Shown here piece by piece: positions 7,728 to 16,711 of a stretch of 64,000 nt of DNA. The notes beneath the pieces are model-generated. The model was not told where the DNA came from and searched no databases. It was given only the letters and a program-made list of their open reading frames with translations. Position 1 is the stretch's first letter. Each line of letters starts with the position of its first letter. Source of the stretch: Cyclobacteriaceae bacterium (GTDB taxonomy: Bacteria; Bacteroidota; Bacteroidia; Cytophagales; Cyclobacteriaceae); the NCBI GenBank assembly GCA_031395485.1, contig JANNUS010000012.1, positions 149,142-213,141 of the forward strand, read 5' to 3'. The position numbers and the translations under genes are program-made.

Positions 7728-8291
7728 ATGGAAAAACTCGGACAGTATTTTAAGAGTCTAGGCTTTGAAGGAGACAGCCTAAAGCGAATTGTAGATTCAT
7801 TTTCGTTGCAGGCATTTGAAAAGAATGATTTTGTGGTGGAGTATGGAAAGACGAGCAAGTACATTGGTTTTATCAATAGCGGCATGTTTCAATATTATGT
7901 TTTGAAGGACGGAGAAGAAAGAACCTCGTACATCAGTATGGAGAATACATGGTTTGCATCTCTTCTTAGTTTCATAAATGAAACACCCGCTCAGGAAAAT
8001 GTAAGAGCACTAACGAATGGAAGCATTTACCTGATAGGTAAAACAAGTCTTAAAAAATTAGTAAACGAGGTGCCCGGTTTTAATGCCTTTTATATCGGCC
8101 TTTTAGAGCAATCGATCTGTGGCATAGACACCAGTCGTTTTGACCTTCTTGTCCTTACCGCAGAAGAGCGCTATCTGAAAATGCTTACGTCAGACCCCAA
8201 GCTCCTACAGCAAATCCCCTTACAATACCTGGCTTCCATGCTTGGCGTAACCCCGCGCCACCTCAGCAGAATAAGGAATACGATTCGCTAA
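7728..8291 (+). CDS. Crp/Fnr-family transcriptional regulator
   Basis: A cNMP-binding-like N-terminal domain plus the C-terminal HTH LASMLGVTPRHLSRIRN. Confidence 0.8.
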   Translation: MEKLGQYFKSLGFEGDSLKRIVDSFSLQAFEKNDFVVEYGKTSKYIGFINSGMFQYYVLKDGEERTSYISMENTWFASLLSFINETPAQENVRALTNGSIYLIGKTSLKKLVNEVPGFNAFYIGLLEQSICGIDTSRFDLLVLTAEERYLKMLTSDPKLLQQIPLQYLASMLGVTPRHLSRIRNTIR

Positions 8292-8299
8292 TTGCATTT

Positions 8300-8315
8300 C
8301 TGGACATTTGTCCAG
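8300..8315. promoter_or_regulatory. 16-nt perfect palindrome CTGGACATTTGTCCAG; candidate regulator binding site
   Basis: Self-complementary. It lies 9 nt after the Crp/Fnr gene stop and 53 nt upstream of the next ATG (8369). Confidence 0.3.
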
Positions 8316-8368
8316 CAGAAGCCTTTTCGGGCTCCCCACATTTGTATCGTCATTAAACAAAAGACGAT

Positions 8369-8848
8369 ATGAAAAAAAACACTAAAATCTCTAGTTTATT
8401 CTGCGCACTAGTGTTGGTCGCTGCGGCATCAACAAGCGCTTTCTCGCAAAGCCGGTTTTCAAAAAATGAATTAAGCATTAATGGGTTTAGAAATCCATCC
8501 GTGGGTCTTGAGTATCGCCACAAACAGGTATCCTACCATGCTGGGTATTATCCAACCGCTTTTGCGTCTGGTGAAACTACGAGCTTTCTGAAAGTCGGTG
8601 CTACTGCGTGGTTCTTGCCGGTTGGAAAAAAGGAAAATCCATCTTCCTTCTATGCCGGGGCATCGTATCTACGCGGTTTCAACCGCGACTATGAAAACAA
8701 AAATGCGTTGGGTATGGAAACTGGTTTTCGCTGGATGGTATGGAAAGGTCTTAACCTCCGGATTGGTGTAATCTCGGTGGCCACGCCTGGCGAAAGCTTG
8801 AAGATCAATCCAACCCCAGGGATTAGCTATTCATTTTTCTTTAAATAG
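8369..8848 (+). CDS. Small secreted / outer-membrane beta-barrel-like protein (hypothetical)
   Basis: Signal peptide MKKNTKISSLFCALVLVAAASTSAFSQ. Alternating aromatic/Gly strands and a C-terminal SYSFFFK. Confidence 0.5.
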   Translation: MKKNTKISSLFCALVLVAAASTSAFSQSRFSKNELSINGFRNPSVGLEYRHKQVSYHAGYYPTAFASGETTSFLKVGATAWFLPVGKKENPSSFYAGASYLRGFNRDYENKNALGMETGFRWMVWKGLNLRIGVISVATPGESLKINPTPGISYSFFFK

Positions 8849-8866
8849 AAATATCAATTTAATAGT

Positions 8867-9571
8867 ATGAAAACAAGTAAAACAATAGGAGGGTTATTCA
8901 TTGCGGGAGCAATTGCTTTATTTATTCCTTACAATATTCTGATCGTCATTTTTGAGTATCCTGATATTTTAAGGCAACCCACGGCTGTCATCTTAACCAA
9001 ATTTCATGAAGGAGGGGACTCATTAATTTGGACTTGGTTCGCTTTTGCAATAACAGGTATTCCGTTATTACCTGCTTATATTCTATTAGGACAAAAACTT
9101 GAACATAAAACTTCTCTGGCCCGCATGGCAACTACCATAGGTGTCATTGGTCTGATTGTCCAGATGATAGGTTTACTCCGTTGGACATTTGTCGTGCCTG
9201 TTTTGGCTGACACTTTTGTGAATGCTTCGGATGGTGCAACGAAAGCTGCTGCGGTGATCGCCTTCAAAACAATTCACCAATTTGGCGGAGTAATATTGGG
9301 GGAGCATCTCGGTCAGTTATTTACCATCGCATGGACCGTCATGATCTCCATCTCCTTACAACGATTACAAGTCATTCCAACGTGGGTGTCCTACTTGGCC
9401 TATGTGGCGTCTGCCATTTATCTACTCGCTCAGGCAGAGTTGTTTGCTACCGTTATGCCTTCTTTTCCGGTATGGGATTTAGCAGGGTTTATTGGCAGCA
9501 CGCTCTGGCTATTATGGCTTGTGATAATCGGAGTCTTCTTTTTGCGCTCTAAAAAACTTTTTGAAATCTAG
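8867..9571 (+). CDS. DUF4386-family integral membrane protein (second copy)
   Basis: Multi-TM. The motif IPYNILIVIFEYPDILRQP is characteristic of the family. Confidence 0.55.
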   Translation: MKTSKTIGGLFIAGAIALFIPYNILIVIFEYPDILRQPTAVILTKFHEGGDSLIWTWFAFAITGIPLLPAYILLGQKLEHKTSLARMATTIGVIGLIVQMIGLLRWTFVVPVLADTFVNASDGATKAAAVIAFKTIHQFGGVILGEHLGQLFTIAWTVMISISLQRLQVIPTWVSYLAYVASAIYLLAQAELFATVMPSFPVWDLAGFIGSTLWLLWLVIIGVFFLRSKKLFEI

Positions 9572-9604
9572 TAGTTAACCTAACTAACTGAAGTTAATAC
9601 TTGA

Positions 9605-9638
9605 AGCACTGGCACAAGCGGACGCTTGTGCCAGTGCT
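9605..9638. terminator. 16-bp-stem hairpin between convergent genes (AGCACTGGCACAAGCG-GA-CGCTTGTGCCAGTGCT)
   Basis: Perfect inverted repeat with a 2-nt loop, between the plus-strand stop at 9571 and the minus-strand stop at 9650. It shares its core with the hairpin at 6569-6590. Confidence 0.6.
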
Positions 9639-9649
9639 AGGTGTCGTAA

Positions 9650-10531
9650 TTATCCAGTGATGCGTTTCCACACAGGGTAGTTAAAAATTACCAATGCCAG
9701 AGCTATGACTGCATAGCCTGCGATTTGAACGGACGTAGCCGTTTCATTCACAACAAAAAAGGCCAGGATGAAATTAATCAATGGATTGATGTACATCAAA
9801 ATACCAATGGTAGCTGCGTTGATTTTATTCAGCGCATATAAATTCAGGAACAGCGGCAACACGGTGAAGAACAAGGCAATGCTGGCAACAATCACGTAAA
9901 ATCGTACGTCAACCACCACCGTTCCTACCAACTGCCCAAAGAAAAAGTTCATGATGATAAAAGCAAAAAGCACTTGCACGCCCAGTACAACCAGCCGGTT
10001 GAATCCCTGGTTTTTTCGTTGTGAGATCAAGTACAAGGCATAGGAGAAAGCGATCAGTAAACTGTAGCCCAACTCCGCTACATTGTTCATACCCAATAAC
10101 ACACAACTCAGTGCGCACAGCAAAATTGCGAACCACTGTATGGATAACATTTTCTCGCGTAGCAAAAAATAACCAAGGCCCGCGGTAATAACAGGGCAAA
10201 TCAGATAGGAGAAGGAGGCCGTTTTAATGTTGATTTCGTTCACCACGTAAATAAAGGCCAGCCAGTTGATGGTGAGTAAAATACCGCCAACTAACGTAAG
10301 GATGACCACGCGGTTTTTAGTAGATGCTTGCAGGGATGTAAAGTGTGTCCAGTTTTCACGGCTTTTTTTACGCATAAACGTCCCGATGATCACGATGAGA
10401 ATGACCAGCGAAAACAAAATACGGAAGTACAGAATCTCGCCTGCAGGGTGCGTGTTTACCGTGCGCAGTACCAGCGGAAAGAATCCCCAGATAAGAAAAG
10501 CCGCAATGGCTGACGCGTAGTGTTTATTCAT
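9650..10531 (-). CDS. EamA/RarD-family (DMT superfamily) transporter
   Basis: Ten predicted TM helices in a duplicated EamA-like arrangement. N-terminus AIAAFLIWGFFPLVLR. Confidence 0.7.
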   Translation of the reverse strand: MNKHYASAIAAFLIWGFFPLVLRTVNTHPAGEILYFRILFSLVILIVIIGTFMRKKSRENWTHFTSLQASTKNRVVILTLVGGILLTINWLAFIYVVNEINIKTASFSYLICPVITAGLGYFLLREKMLSIQWFAILLCALSCVLLGMNNVAELGYSLLIAFSYALYLISQRKNQGFNRLVVLGVQVLFAFIIMNFFFGQLVGTVVVDVRFYVIVASIALFFTVLPLFLNLYALNKINAATIGILMYINPLINFILAFFVVNETATSVQIAGYAVIALALVIFNYPVWKRITG

Positions 10532-10571
10532 TACTCTTGATTAATTCGATACATTGTGAAACCAGTGACAC

Positions 10572-11045
10572 TTATTTCTGATATTCAATTTTGGTGATCC
10601 TCCAAACAAACTGTGCCGTAGCTGTTTTCACAATAGCTTCATCACCCACTTCTTTCTTCAGTAGCGCCTGCGCCATGGGCGAGTCCATCGAGATGTAATC
10701 TTTCGCACCAATAAGTTCTTCACCACCCACAATGCGGAAACGATTCTTAAAACCTTTATCATTCTCAATTTCAACCCAGGCTCCAAACATCACTTTGCCT
10801 TCCTGGTAGGGTGAATAGTGTACAACTTTCAGGTTGCCAATGCATTTGCGTAAGTAAAGAATGCGGCTGTCAAGTTCGCGAAGTCGTTTTTTATTGTAGT
10901 GATAATCTGCGTTTTCAGAACGATCGCCCAGACTTGCCGCCCAAGACACTTTTTGTGTAGTGTCTGGCCGCTCCAACCGCCACAGGTGATCCAGCTCAGC
11001 CTTTAACTTCTCTAAACCTTCAGGCGTAATCAGCAGTGTTTTCAT
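10572..11045 (-). CDS. greB: Transcription elongation (cleavage) factor GreB
   Basis: ITPEGLEKLKAELDHLW...RPDTTQKVSWAASLGDRSENADYHYNKKRLRELDSRI. 157 aa with a Gre C-terminal domain. Confidence 0.8.
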   Translation of the reverse strand: MKTLLITPEGLEKLKAELDHLWRLERPDTTQKVSWAASLGDRSENADYHYNKKRLRELDSRILYLRKCIGNLKVVHYSPYQEGKVMFGAWVEIENDKGFKNRFRIVGGEELIGAKDYISMDSPMAQALLKKEVGDEAIVKTATAQFVWRITKIEYQK

Positions 11046-11294
11046 AATCGAGTTCGTGTCCGCATTCGGGTTTCCTCAAAATTATACATTTCATTGCTTC
11101 TCCACGTGTACATTTCATAGAGTGGGGATTGCCACAGGTTGCTCACACACATGCGATCACTCACACCTTTCCACCAGCGGTTGGGCAGGCGCAATGACGG
11201 AACTTTATGGTTTGCATTTTAATCAGCGCAATCAATTAATCAGGTTAATCAGCGATTCAAACAATTTAACGCACGAGCGTATTAACTTCCCTGC

Positions 11295-11323
11295 AGAGTC
11301 TCCCGTCTCGGGGACTCTGGCGG
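11295..11323. repeat. Second copy of the 29-nt repeat AGAGTCTCCCGTCTCGGGGACTCTGGCGG
   Basis: Identical to 6753-6781. Confidence 0.8.
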
Positions 11324-11459
11324 TTGTTCGATCTTTTACGCTCGCAGAGTCTTGCGCATCTGGGTAAATAATTAATGTATTGAGTTAGGGTAGCGATGAG
11401 CGATGCTGAAACTCGAAGATTTAAGTTGCCAACTCGGCCAAATCATAGATCGAGAATCT

Positions 11460-11489
11460 CTTCGATATGTAACATATTAGCCCGATCTT
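11460..11489 (+). promoter_or_regulatory. Second copy of the 30-nt motif (CTTCGATATGTAACATATTAGCCCGATCTT)
   Basis: 26/30 identical to 6855-6884. It ends 9 nt before the ATG at 11499. Confidence 0.35.
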
Positions 11490-11498
11490 CCGTCATAC

Positions 11499-12059
11499 AT
11501 GCTTATGAGTGAAGCATCCTTTTTTAAAATCCGTCTCTATTTTACAGGAATAGTGGCCATTGCCATTTGGTCGCTATTAACCTGGAATCATTATAATGGC
11601 GGCATACCGAGCCACCATATTTTAGCCAATAAAGATTTACCAGAAATCTCGAACGTATGGGGTGCACTTGTACTCCCTTTGCTAACATGGATACTTTTGT
11701 ATCGGGTACAAAAAAGAATTTTTAGACAGCACAAAGGCCATGCTGAAATATCTACAATCAAGCAGTCGTTATACGCGTTCATCATTTCATTGGCATACGG
11801 AATTATTACCGCTGGCTTCTTTTCATTCGGCTATTCAGACATGACGGGAAACATGATGCTAGGGATTTTTGGGCTTGCATTGTTCTTTCCGGTTTACCGA
11901 GCCGAATGCCTGCTTGGATTTATCATAGGTATGACCTTCACATTCGGTGCTGTGCTTCCAACAGCGATAGGGTCGATTCTCGCATTAATTTCTTTTGTGC
12001 TTTATCGTGGCTTTCGTCCCGCCATTTTATATGTGGTGTCTCGTGTTAGGAATAAATAG
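11499..12059 (+). CDS. Integral membrane protein (hypothetical)
   Basis: Five to six hydrophobic helices. No family recognised. Confidence 0.5.
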   Translation: MLMSEASFFKIRLYFTGIVAIAIWSLLTWNHYNGGIPSHHILANKDLPEISNVWGALVLPLLTWILLYRVQKRIFRQHKGHAEISTIKQSLYAFIISLAYGIITAGFFSFGYSDMTGNMMLGIFGLALFFPVYRAECLLGFIIGMTFTFGAVLPTAIGSILALISFVLYRGFRPAILYVVSRVRNK

Positions 12060-12124
12060 TCAGAAGAAATTCTGACTTCTACCAGAATTCTTTCGCCTAT
12101 CTTTATCATCATAAAAATATTGAC

Positions 12125-12322
12125 ATGACAGAAAGAGAATTGATGAAACTGGAAGCAACGATCCGAAGCAAAATGGAGGATATAAAAAAACGACACGTGA
12201 GCTTGAAAGATTCCGGTATTGGGGGGCTCATGAATTCATTAAAGAAAGTAGATGAAGCACTGTATGAAAAGATACTTCCTGAGTATAAGAAGATGGCCGC
12301 GAACTATAACATATTCAAATAA
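12125..12322 (+). CDS. Small helical hypothetical protein
   Basis: 65-aa ORF with charged helical composition. No family recognised. Confidence 0.35.
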   Translation: MTERELMKLEATIRSKMEDIKKRHVSLKDSGIGGLMNSLKKVDEALYEKILPEYKKMAANYNIFK

Positions 12323-12343
12323 AGGAAACAGGGAAATTTGCCT

Positions 12344-13021
12344 TTATTCAAACTTCACCATCACATTCCACAATTGATCAAACTGATGCGTGAAGGATTT
12401 AATTACCCCCGCTTCGCGCGTCACTAAAATATTTTCGTGGTTATAGCGTGCTGCACTCAGTGTCCAGTTGTAGCTGCCAGTAATCAATGTACGTTGATCG
12501 GCCAACATAAATTTGTGGTGCATGTGATTGGGCGTAGTATCCATCTTAACAGCAATGCCGGCTTTGGCAAGCTGCTCCACATCCGATCCCATATCAAATG
12601 ACTTATCATTATCCGTAATCAGCTTGATCTGAACACCTTTTTTATGAGCACTTAGTAAACTTTTTGTGATACTATCGTCACTGATGGTAAACACACAAAT
12701 ATGCAAGCGTGTAGTAGCGGTTTCAATTTGACGTATAATAACGTTGCGACACGCCTCACCCGGGCTAAAAAATGCATCCGTAGCTTCCGGTGCGGGTGCA
12801 ATCAATGCACTGTTGGCAGCCTTTATCCATTCAATAATAAATTGGCTATTGGTGGGCGTTATTTTTTGGCTTGCCAATTCATAAATCCAGCTCCGCAAAA
12901 AGTTTAGTTGATTTTGGTCGAGCAGCGCTTCACTCACAAGCGACTTGAAGGTCTTCTTTTCATCTTTTGAAAACACTTCATCTACAATACTACTTTCCAG
13001 GTGTGCCTTTAATTCGTCCAT
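12344..13021 (-). CDS. Phospholipase D-family (single HKD, Nuc/Zucchini-like) nuclease with an N-terminal extension
   Basis: HKD motif HMHHKFMLADQRTLITGSYNWTLSAARYNHENILV, plus LHICVFTISDDSI. Confidence 0.75.
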   Translation of the reverse strand: MDELKAHLESSIVDEVFSKDEKKTFKSLVSEALLDQNQLNFLRSWIYELASQKITPTNSQFIIEWIKAANSALIAPAPEATDAFFSPGEACRNVIIRQIETATTRLHICVFTISDDSITKSLLSAHKKGVQIKLITDNDKSFDMGSDVEQLAKAGIAVKMDTTPNHMHHKFMLADQRTLITGSYNWTLSAARYNHENILVTREAGVIKSFTHQFDQLWNVMVKFE

Positions 13022-13040
13022 TATTCGACCGCTAAGTTCC

Positions 13041-13433
13041 TCAACTCACAAGTCCTTTCTTCAGCTTTTGTTCTTCCGAATATATCCAAATGGAATAGCC
13101 ACCGATGGCGGTGCCAATTGGAAAGGAAAACAGTTTTAGACAACCTATTATTAAAGCGAATAAGGTTGCCCAAGATTTTCGGGTAAGCAAACCAATCCCC
13201 GCAATCAATGTAGGTACTGACAAAAAAAGAATTACAAAGACGGGCACATATTGAATGATGGACAGTATCCATTCTACAATCTTTTGATCTTCCGGATCAA
13301 CCTCTTGCAAGGCAAAGGAAAATATGAAAGAAAGAAAGGCGTTGAGCAAAAGCATACCGAAAATGGTAAGCGTTGCAGAAATAACATATACAATACCCAG
13401 TACTTTTTTATGACCATCGAGGCGAGCATCCAT
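13041..13433 (-). CDS. Small 4-TM membrane protein (hypothetical)
   Basis: Four hydrophobic helices. Its stop lies 19 nt before the PLD gene start on the same strand. Confidence 0.5.
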   Translation of the reverse strand: MDARLDGHKKVLGIVYVISATLTIFGMLLLNAFLSFIFSFALQEVDPEDQKIVEWILSIIQYVPVFVILFLSVPTLIAGIGLLTRKSWATLFALIIGCLKLFSFPIGTAIGGYSIWIYSEEQKLKKGLVS

Positions 13434-13563
13434 ATTATTGAGGTTTTGGGAAAGTTAGTGAATGGGCTGCGCTAAATCAAAAATCCACCATTCAATTTGT
13501 TAGTCCTGTTGGATACAGAGTAGAATGGTTTACTTTTGAGGCTCCACTAACAAAAAATTAGTT

Positions 13564-13836
13564 ATGGCAGTTTTTAACGTACAACAAGTAAAAGAAATCA
13601 ATGATCACATTGCCGAGATCACAAAAGCCATTAAACCGAAATGTGAAATTGGAGCACACGACAAAGTTACTCTCAGTACCTTGCTCAAGACTCAGTCTTC
13701 GAAGGAAGAATTAACCTTTTTTAAATGTAAACGCGAATTCTCGGATGCCATCGTTACGCATTTTGTTAAAGAGAAAGGCGTTGTTAAAAGCCGTTTTCAT
13801 AAAAACAATCAAGCCCACATCTTCATTGTAAAGTAA
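13564..13836 (+). CDS. Hypothetical protein
   Basis: 90-aa ORF in an otherwise empty region. No motif recognised. Confidence 0.3.
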   Translation: MAVFNVQQVKEINDHIAEITKAIKPKCEIGAHDKVTLSTLLKTQSSKEELTFFKCKREFSDAIVTHFVKEKGVVKSRFHKNNQAHIFIVK

Positions 13837-14012
13837 TCGTAGAACAATATCAACGCAAGTTATTGCGCCCATTCGTGGTCATTCTTTAAGGGAATATAGA
13901 CGGCCCCAGACTACACCGTGCATACTTCAGAGTCAACGGAACTTTGATCATGGTAATTATTGATTCGTGTTGACAAACACACTCCTTCTACAATTCACTA
14001 CCTTTATGCCAT

Positions 14013-14285
14013 ATGAATAACATACAATACTGGCAGATCATACGCGATGACGCTAAACGGACATTTGAAGTCTGTGGCCAGATTACCAATGAAAATTACT
14101 TCACCAATAAAACACATGCTATGCAAAAAGCTGGGATGAATGTTAGCTGTATGACACCCCCTGTAACTAATAAAACTTCCAGTAAAGACCTGATTAAAAT
14201 TATTGGTTATACAAAGGAAGACGGTTTGCAAGCAAGACTCTTGCGTCAATATGCTGAAATAGTGCGATCTGCTGATCAGTGGTGA
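14013..14285 (+). CDS. Hypothetical protein
   Basis: 90-aa ORF preferred over the antisense 81-aa ORF. No motif recognised. Confidence 0.3.
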   Translation: MNNIQYWQIIRDDAKRTFEVCGQITNENYFTNKTHAMQKAGMNVSCMTPPVTNKTSSKDLIKIIGYTKEDGLQARLLRQYAEIVRSADQW

Positions 14286-14396
14286 TAACTAATTTCTTCT
14301 GACTAATACGCAGTGGAAATACCCCAGTCTATATCAACGTTAAAATTACAGCGGCCAGCAATAGCATCGTAAAATGATAACCCGTGTTGATCCTGT

Positions 14397-16586
14397 CTAT
14401 TTCGAGCTCAAAAACTTCGTAAACGCTTCCTTGCTTGACATGAATTTGAAAACATCATCAAGCGAATAATAGGTAGATTTTTCTGTCGCAAGGTCATATG
14501 CGTATTCTACAAACTCAAGCGTTTGCGATTCAAAATTAAAGAGTATGGCGATGCTACGGATCTGTTCATTCGTGAGGCATTTTTCTTTCGTGACCAAACG
14601 GGCAGTGGCCATCTTATCATCACTAAAGGGCTTGGACTCTACTGCTTTGAGCGCACTATAATATTCTTTTTCGCTCATCTCGCAGGGCGGATCATAACTA
14701 TAAACTACAGTAGGCGATTGCGCTAATTCAACGGGTGCTTCTTCTTGTATCTCTACAGGGGGAGGAATAATTTGGACTGGCACAGCAACTACTCGAGGGT
14801 TAAATATGTCTTCAACAATAATGGATGAATACAAATTATCAAACATCTTAAACCCCGTGTAATCTGTATTTCGATCAATCATGGAATAAAATCCCTTGAA
14901 ATAATCTCGTTCATATAACATTGCTTGCATTCCTTCAGGAACTCGTACAGAGGAAAGTTGATCCCCGGTGATTAAATCACGCGCTAGATATCGACCCGGA
15001 GTTAGTTCCTGAGCAATTCCTTTATAACTGTCTGTATAAATGGTAACAAAAAGATCTCTTGGATCTCTTTGCTCGATAATTACAGAAGATGTTACGTCAT
15101 TAAACCCCAGAGATTTAAACACATCGGCACGCAAACTTTTGGTTAGGGTTAACGACTTACCACCATAGGCACCTTCATCATACAATGTAACACGCAAGCC
15201 CCTTGGAATTTCAATCGATGACACCGTGTTATTTCCAATCTCCAGCAATGGATATTCTCCGGGTGAGAGTTTCTTCAATGGGGCTGAGAAATCTTCTTGG
15301 TACAAGGTAACAAGGGGTAATGGGTCGTTTGTTTTTCCTACAATCATAGAGGAAGTAATATTATCAAAGTCACGGCCCGCGATAAAATCTGCGCTGGTAT
15401 TTTCGGTAAGGAGTAAAGACCGTCCAGAATAATTATTGCCATCAAAAAGTAACACCCAAACTCCTGGAAGAACTTTCACAGAAGAGAGTTCATCGTTTCC
15501 AATACCCAACTCATTCACGTAGTAATAGCCGGGTTCAAAACTTTTTACCTCACCTGCATAGTCATCTTGGTAGATCGTAACACGAGGAGTCAACTCCACT
15601 ACGAGTGACGAGGTTAAATTATTAAACTTGTTTGCATCAAAATATTCAGCGTTGGCATCTTCTTCAACTAAAATGGATTTACCCTTAAAGCCCGCTTGCT
15701 CATATAGTCTAAGTCGAACACCATCGGGCACTTTTACAGATGACAGCTGATCATTTCCAATACCCAGCACACCCATATCATAACGCCCGGGCGCAAACCT
15801 TTTTGATAGTCCGGAAAAATTGCCTTGATAAATTGTAACCATTGGAAATGCGGGATCATCAACGATTTCTTCTACAACGGGAACGGGGATAACTACAGAA
15901 GGGACAGGTTGTGGTAGCACAACTATGGGTAGTACAACCGGTATTGCTGGTTCGGGAATAACCTCAACATGAATGGAAGATGTTGCATCGTTGAAGCTTT
16001 TCTCTTTCAAAAAACTGATGCTTGCATCGCTGGTAAGTACGAGTGATTTCCCGCCAGATTCTGTATGCTCATAGAGTGTAACTTTCATTCCTTTCGGGAT
16101 TTTCACAGAAGAAAGTTGATCGTTATCAATACCTCCAAATTCAAAGAATTCGTAGTATCCAGAAGCGAGATTTTTTGATGCGCCCGAAAAATTATCTTTG
16201 TAGATTGTTGCTACCGGACCCGTTGGCACATCTGTAGGTAATTCCGCTACGATCAATGAAACATTTTGGATAACCTGACCAAAACCTTTACCCATGATAT
16301 GACGCATGTTTGCATCATCGGTAAGTATAAGGGATTCTCCCTGAAAATTATCTCTTTCATACAGTGTAACCTTCATGCCTGCCGGAACTTTAACAGACCG
16401 CACAATAGAAATTCCAAACTTTATTAATGATATATGATCATACTTCCCAACGCCAAGGGAATAATCACTGCCCGCGAAATCATCGGTATAAACCGTGATT
16501 TTTCTTGACTGCCCTTGTGCATAACACACATTTACTATAATGAGAAAAAATACTATCAGAGATAAGAGAGGGGCGGTGACTTTCAT
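14397..16586 (-). CDS. Secreted protein with six beta-gamma-crystallin-like domains and a C-terminal DUF4476-like domain
   Basis: Signal peptide from the internal Met (MKVTAPLLSLIVFFLIIVNVCYAQ). Six ~90-aa repeats carry Greek-key signatures (VTLYERDNFQGESLIL, LRLYEQAGFKGKSILV, VTLYDEGAYGGKSLTL ... TSSxxV). Pro/Val linkers. The C-terminus FSDDKMATARLV...FNFESQTLEFVEYAY is DUF4476-like. Confidence 0.75.
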   Translation of the reverse strand: MKVTAPLLSLIVFFLIIVNVCYAQGQSRKITVYTDDFAGSDYSLGVGKYDHISLIKFGISIVRSVKVPAGMKVTLYERDNFQGESLILTDDANMRHIMGKGFGQVIQNVSLIVAELPTDVPTGPVATIYKDNFSGASKNLASGYYEFFEFGGIDNDQLSSVKIPKGMKVTLYEHTESGGKSLVLTSDASISFLKEKSFNDATSSIHVEVIPEPAIPVVLPIVVLPQPVPSVVIPVPVVEEIVDDPAFPMVTIYQGNFSGLSKRFAPGRYDMGVLGIGNDQLSSVKVPDGVRLRLYEQAGFKGKSILVEEDANAEYFDANKFNNLTSSLVVELTPRVTIYQDDYAGEVKSFEPGYYYVNELGIGNDELSSVKVLPGVWVLLFDGNNYSGRSLLLTENTSADFIAGRDFDNITSSMIVGKTNDPLPLVTLYQEDFSAPLKKLSPGEYPLLEIGNNTVSSIEIPRGLRVTLYDEGAYGGKSLTLTKSLRADVFKSLGFNDVTSSVIIEQRDPRDLFVTIYTDSYKGIAQELTPGRYLARDLITGDQLSSVRVPEGMQAMLYERDYFKGFYSMIDRNTDYTGFKMFDNLYSSIIVEDIFNPRVVAVPVQIIPPPVEIQEEAPVELAQSPTVVYSYDPPCEMSEKEYYSALKAVESKPFSDDKMATARLVTKEKCLTNEQIRSIAILFNFESQTLEFVEYAYDLATEKSTYYSLDDVFKFMSSKEAFTKFLSSK

Positions 16587-16711
16587 AGTTCGCATTAGAT
16601 GAAACTTCAAGTTAACGAGATTTTGTTCGACTAAAAAAGTAGTACGCCAATACCATGCCATTACTTCGGCTAAACAATGTACTCGCTTTGGTGTTTATTA
16701 CGTATATTAAC

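Noticed and set aside
11056-11367. 103-aa plus-strand ORF filling the greB / 11499 intergenic region
   Set aside because: Its composition is Cys/His/Ser/Thr-rich and low in complexity. It has a non-ATG start and reads straight through the 29-nt hairpin repeat. It is more likely repeat or relic DNA than a gene.
16587-16711. N-terminal extensions of the two divergent ORFs (minus ORF to 16661, plus ORF from 16655) that would overlap head-to-head
   Set aside because: Internal Mets give a proper signal peptide (16586) and a family-typical start (16712). The extensions look non-coding.
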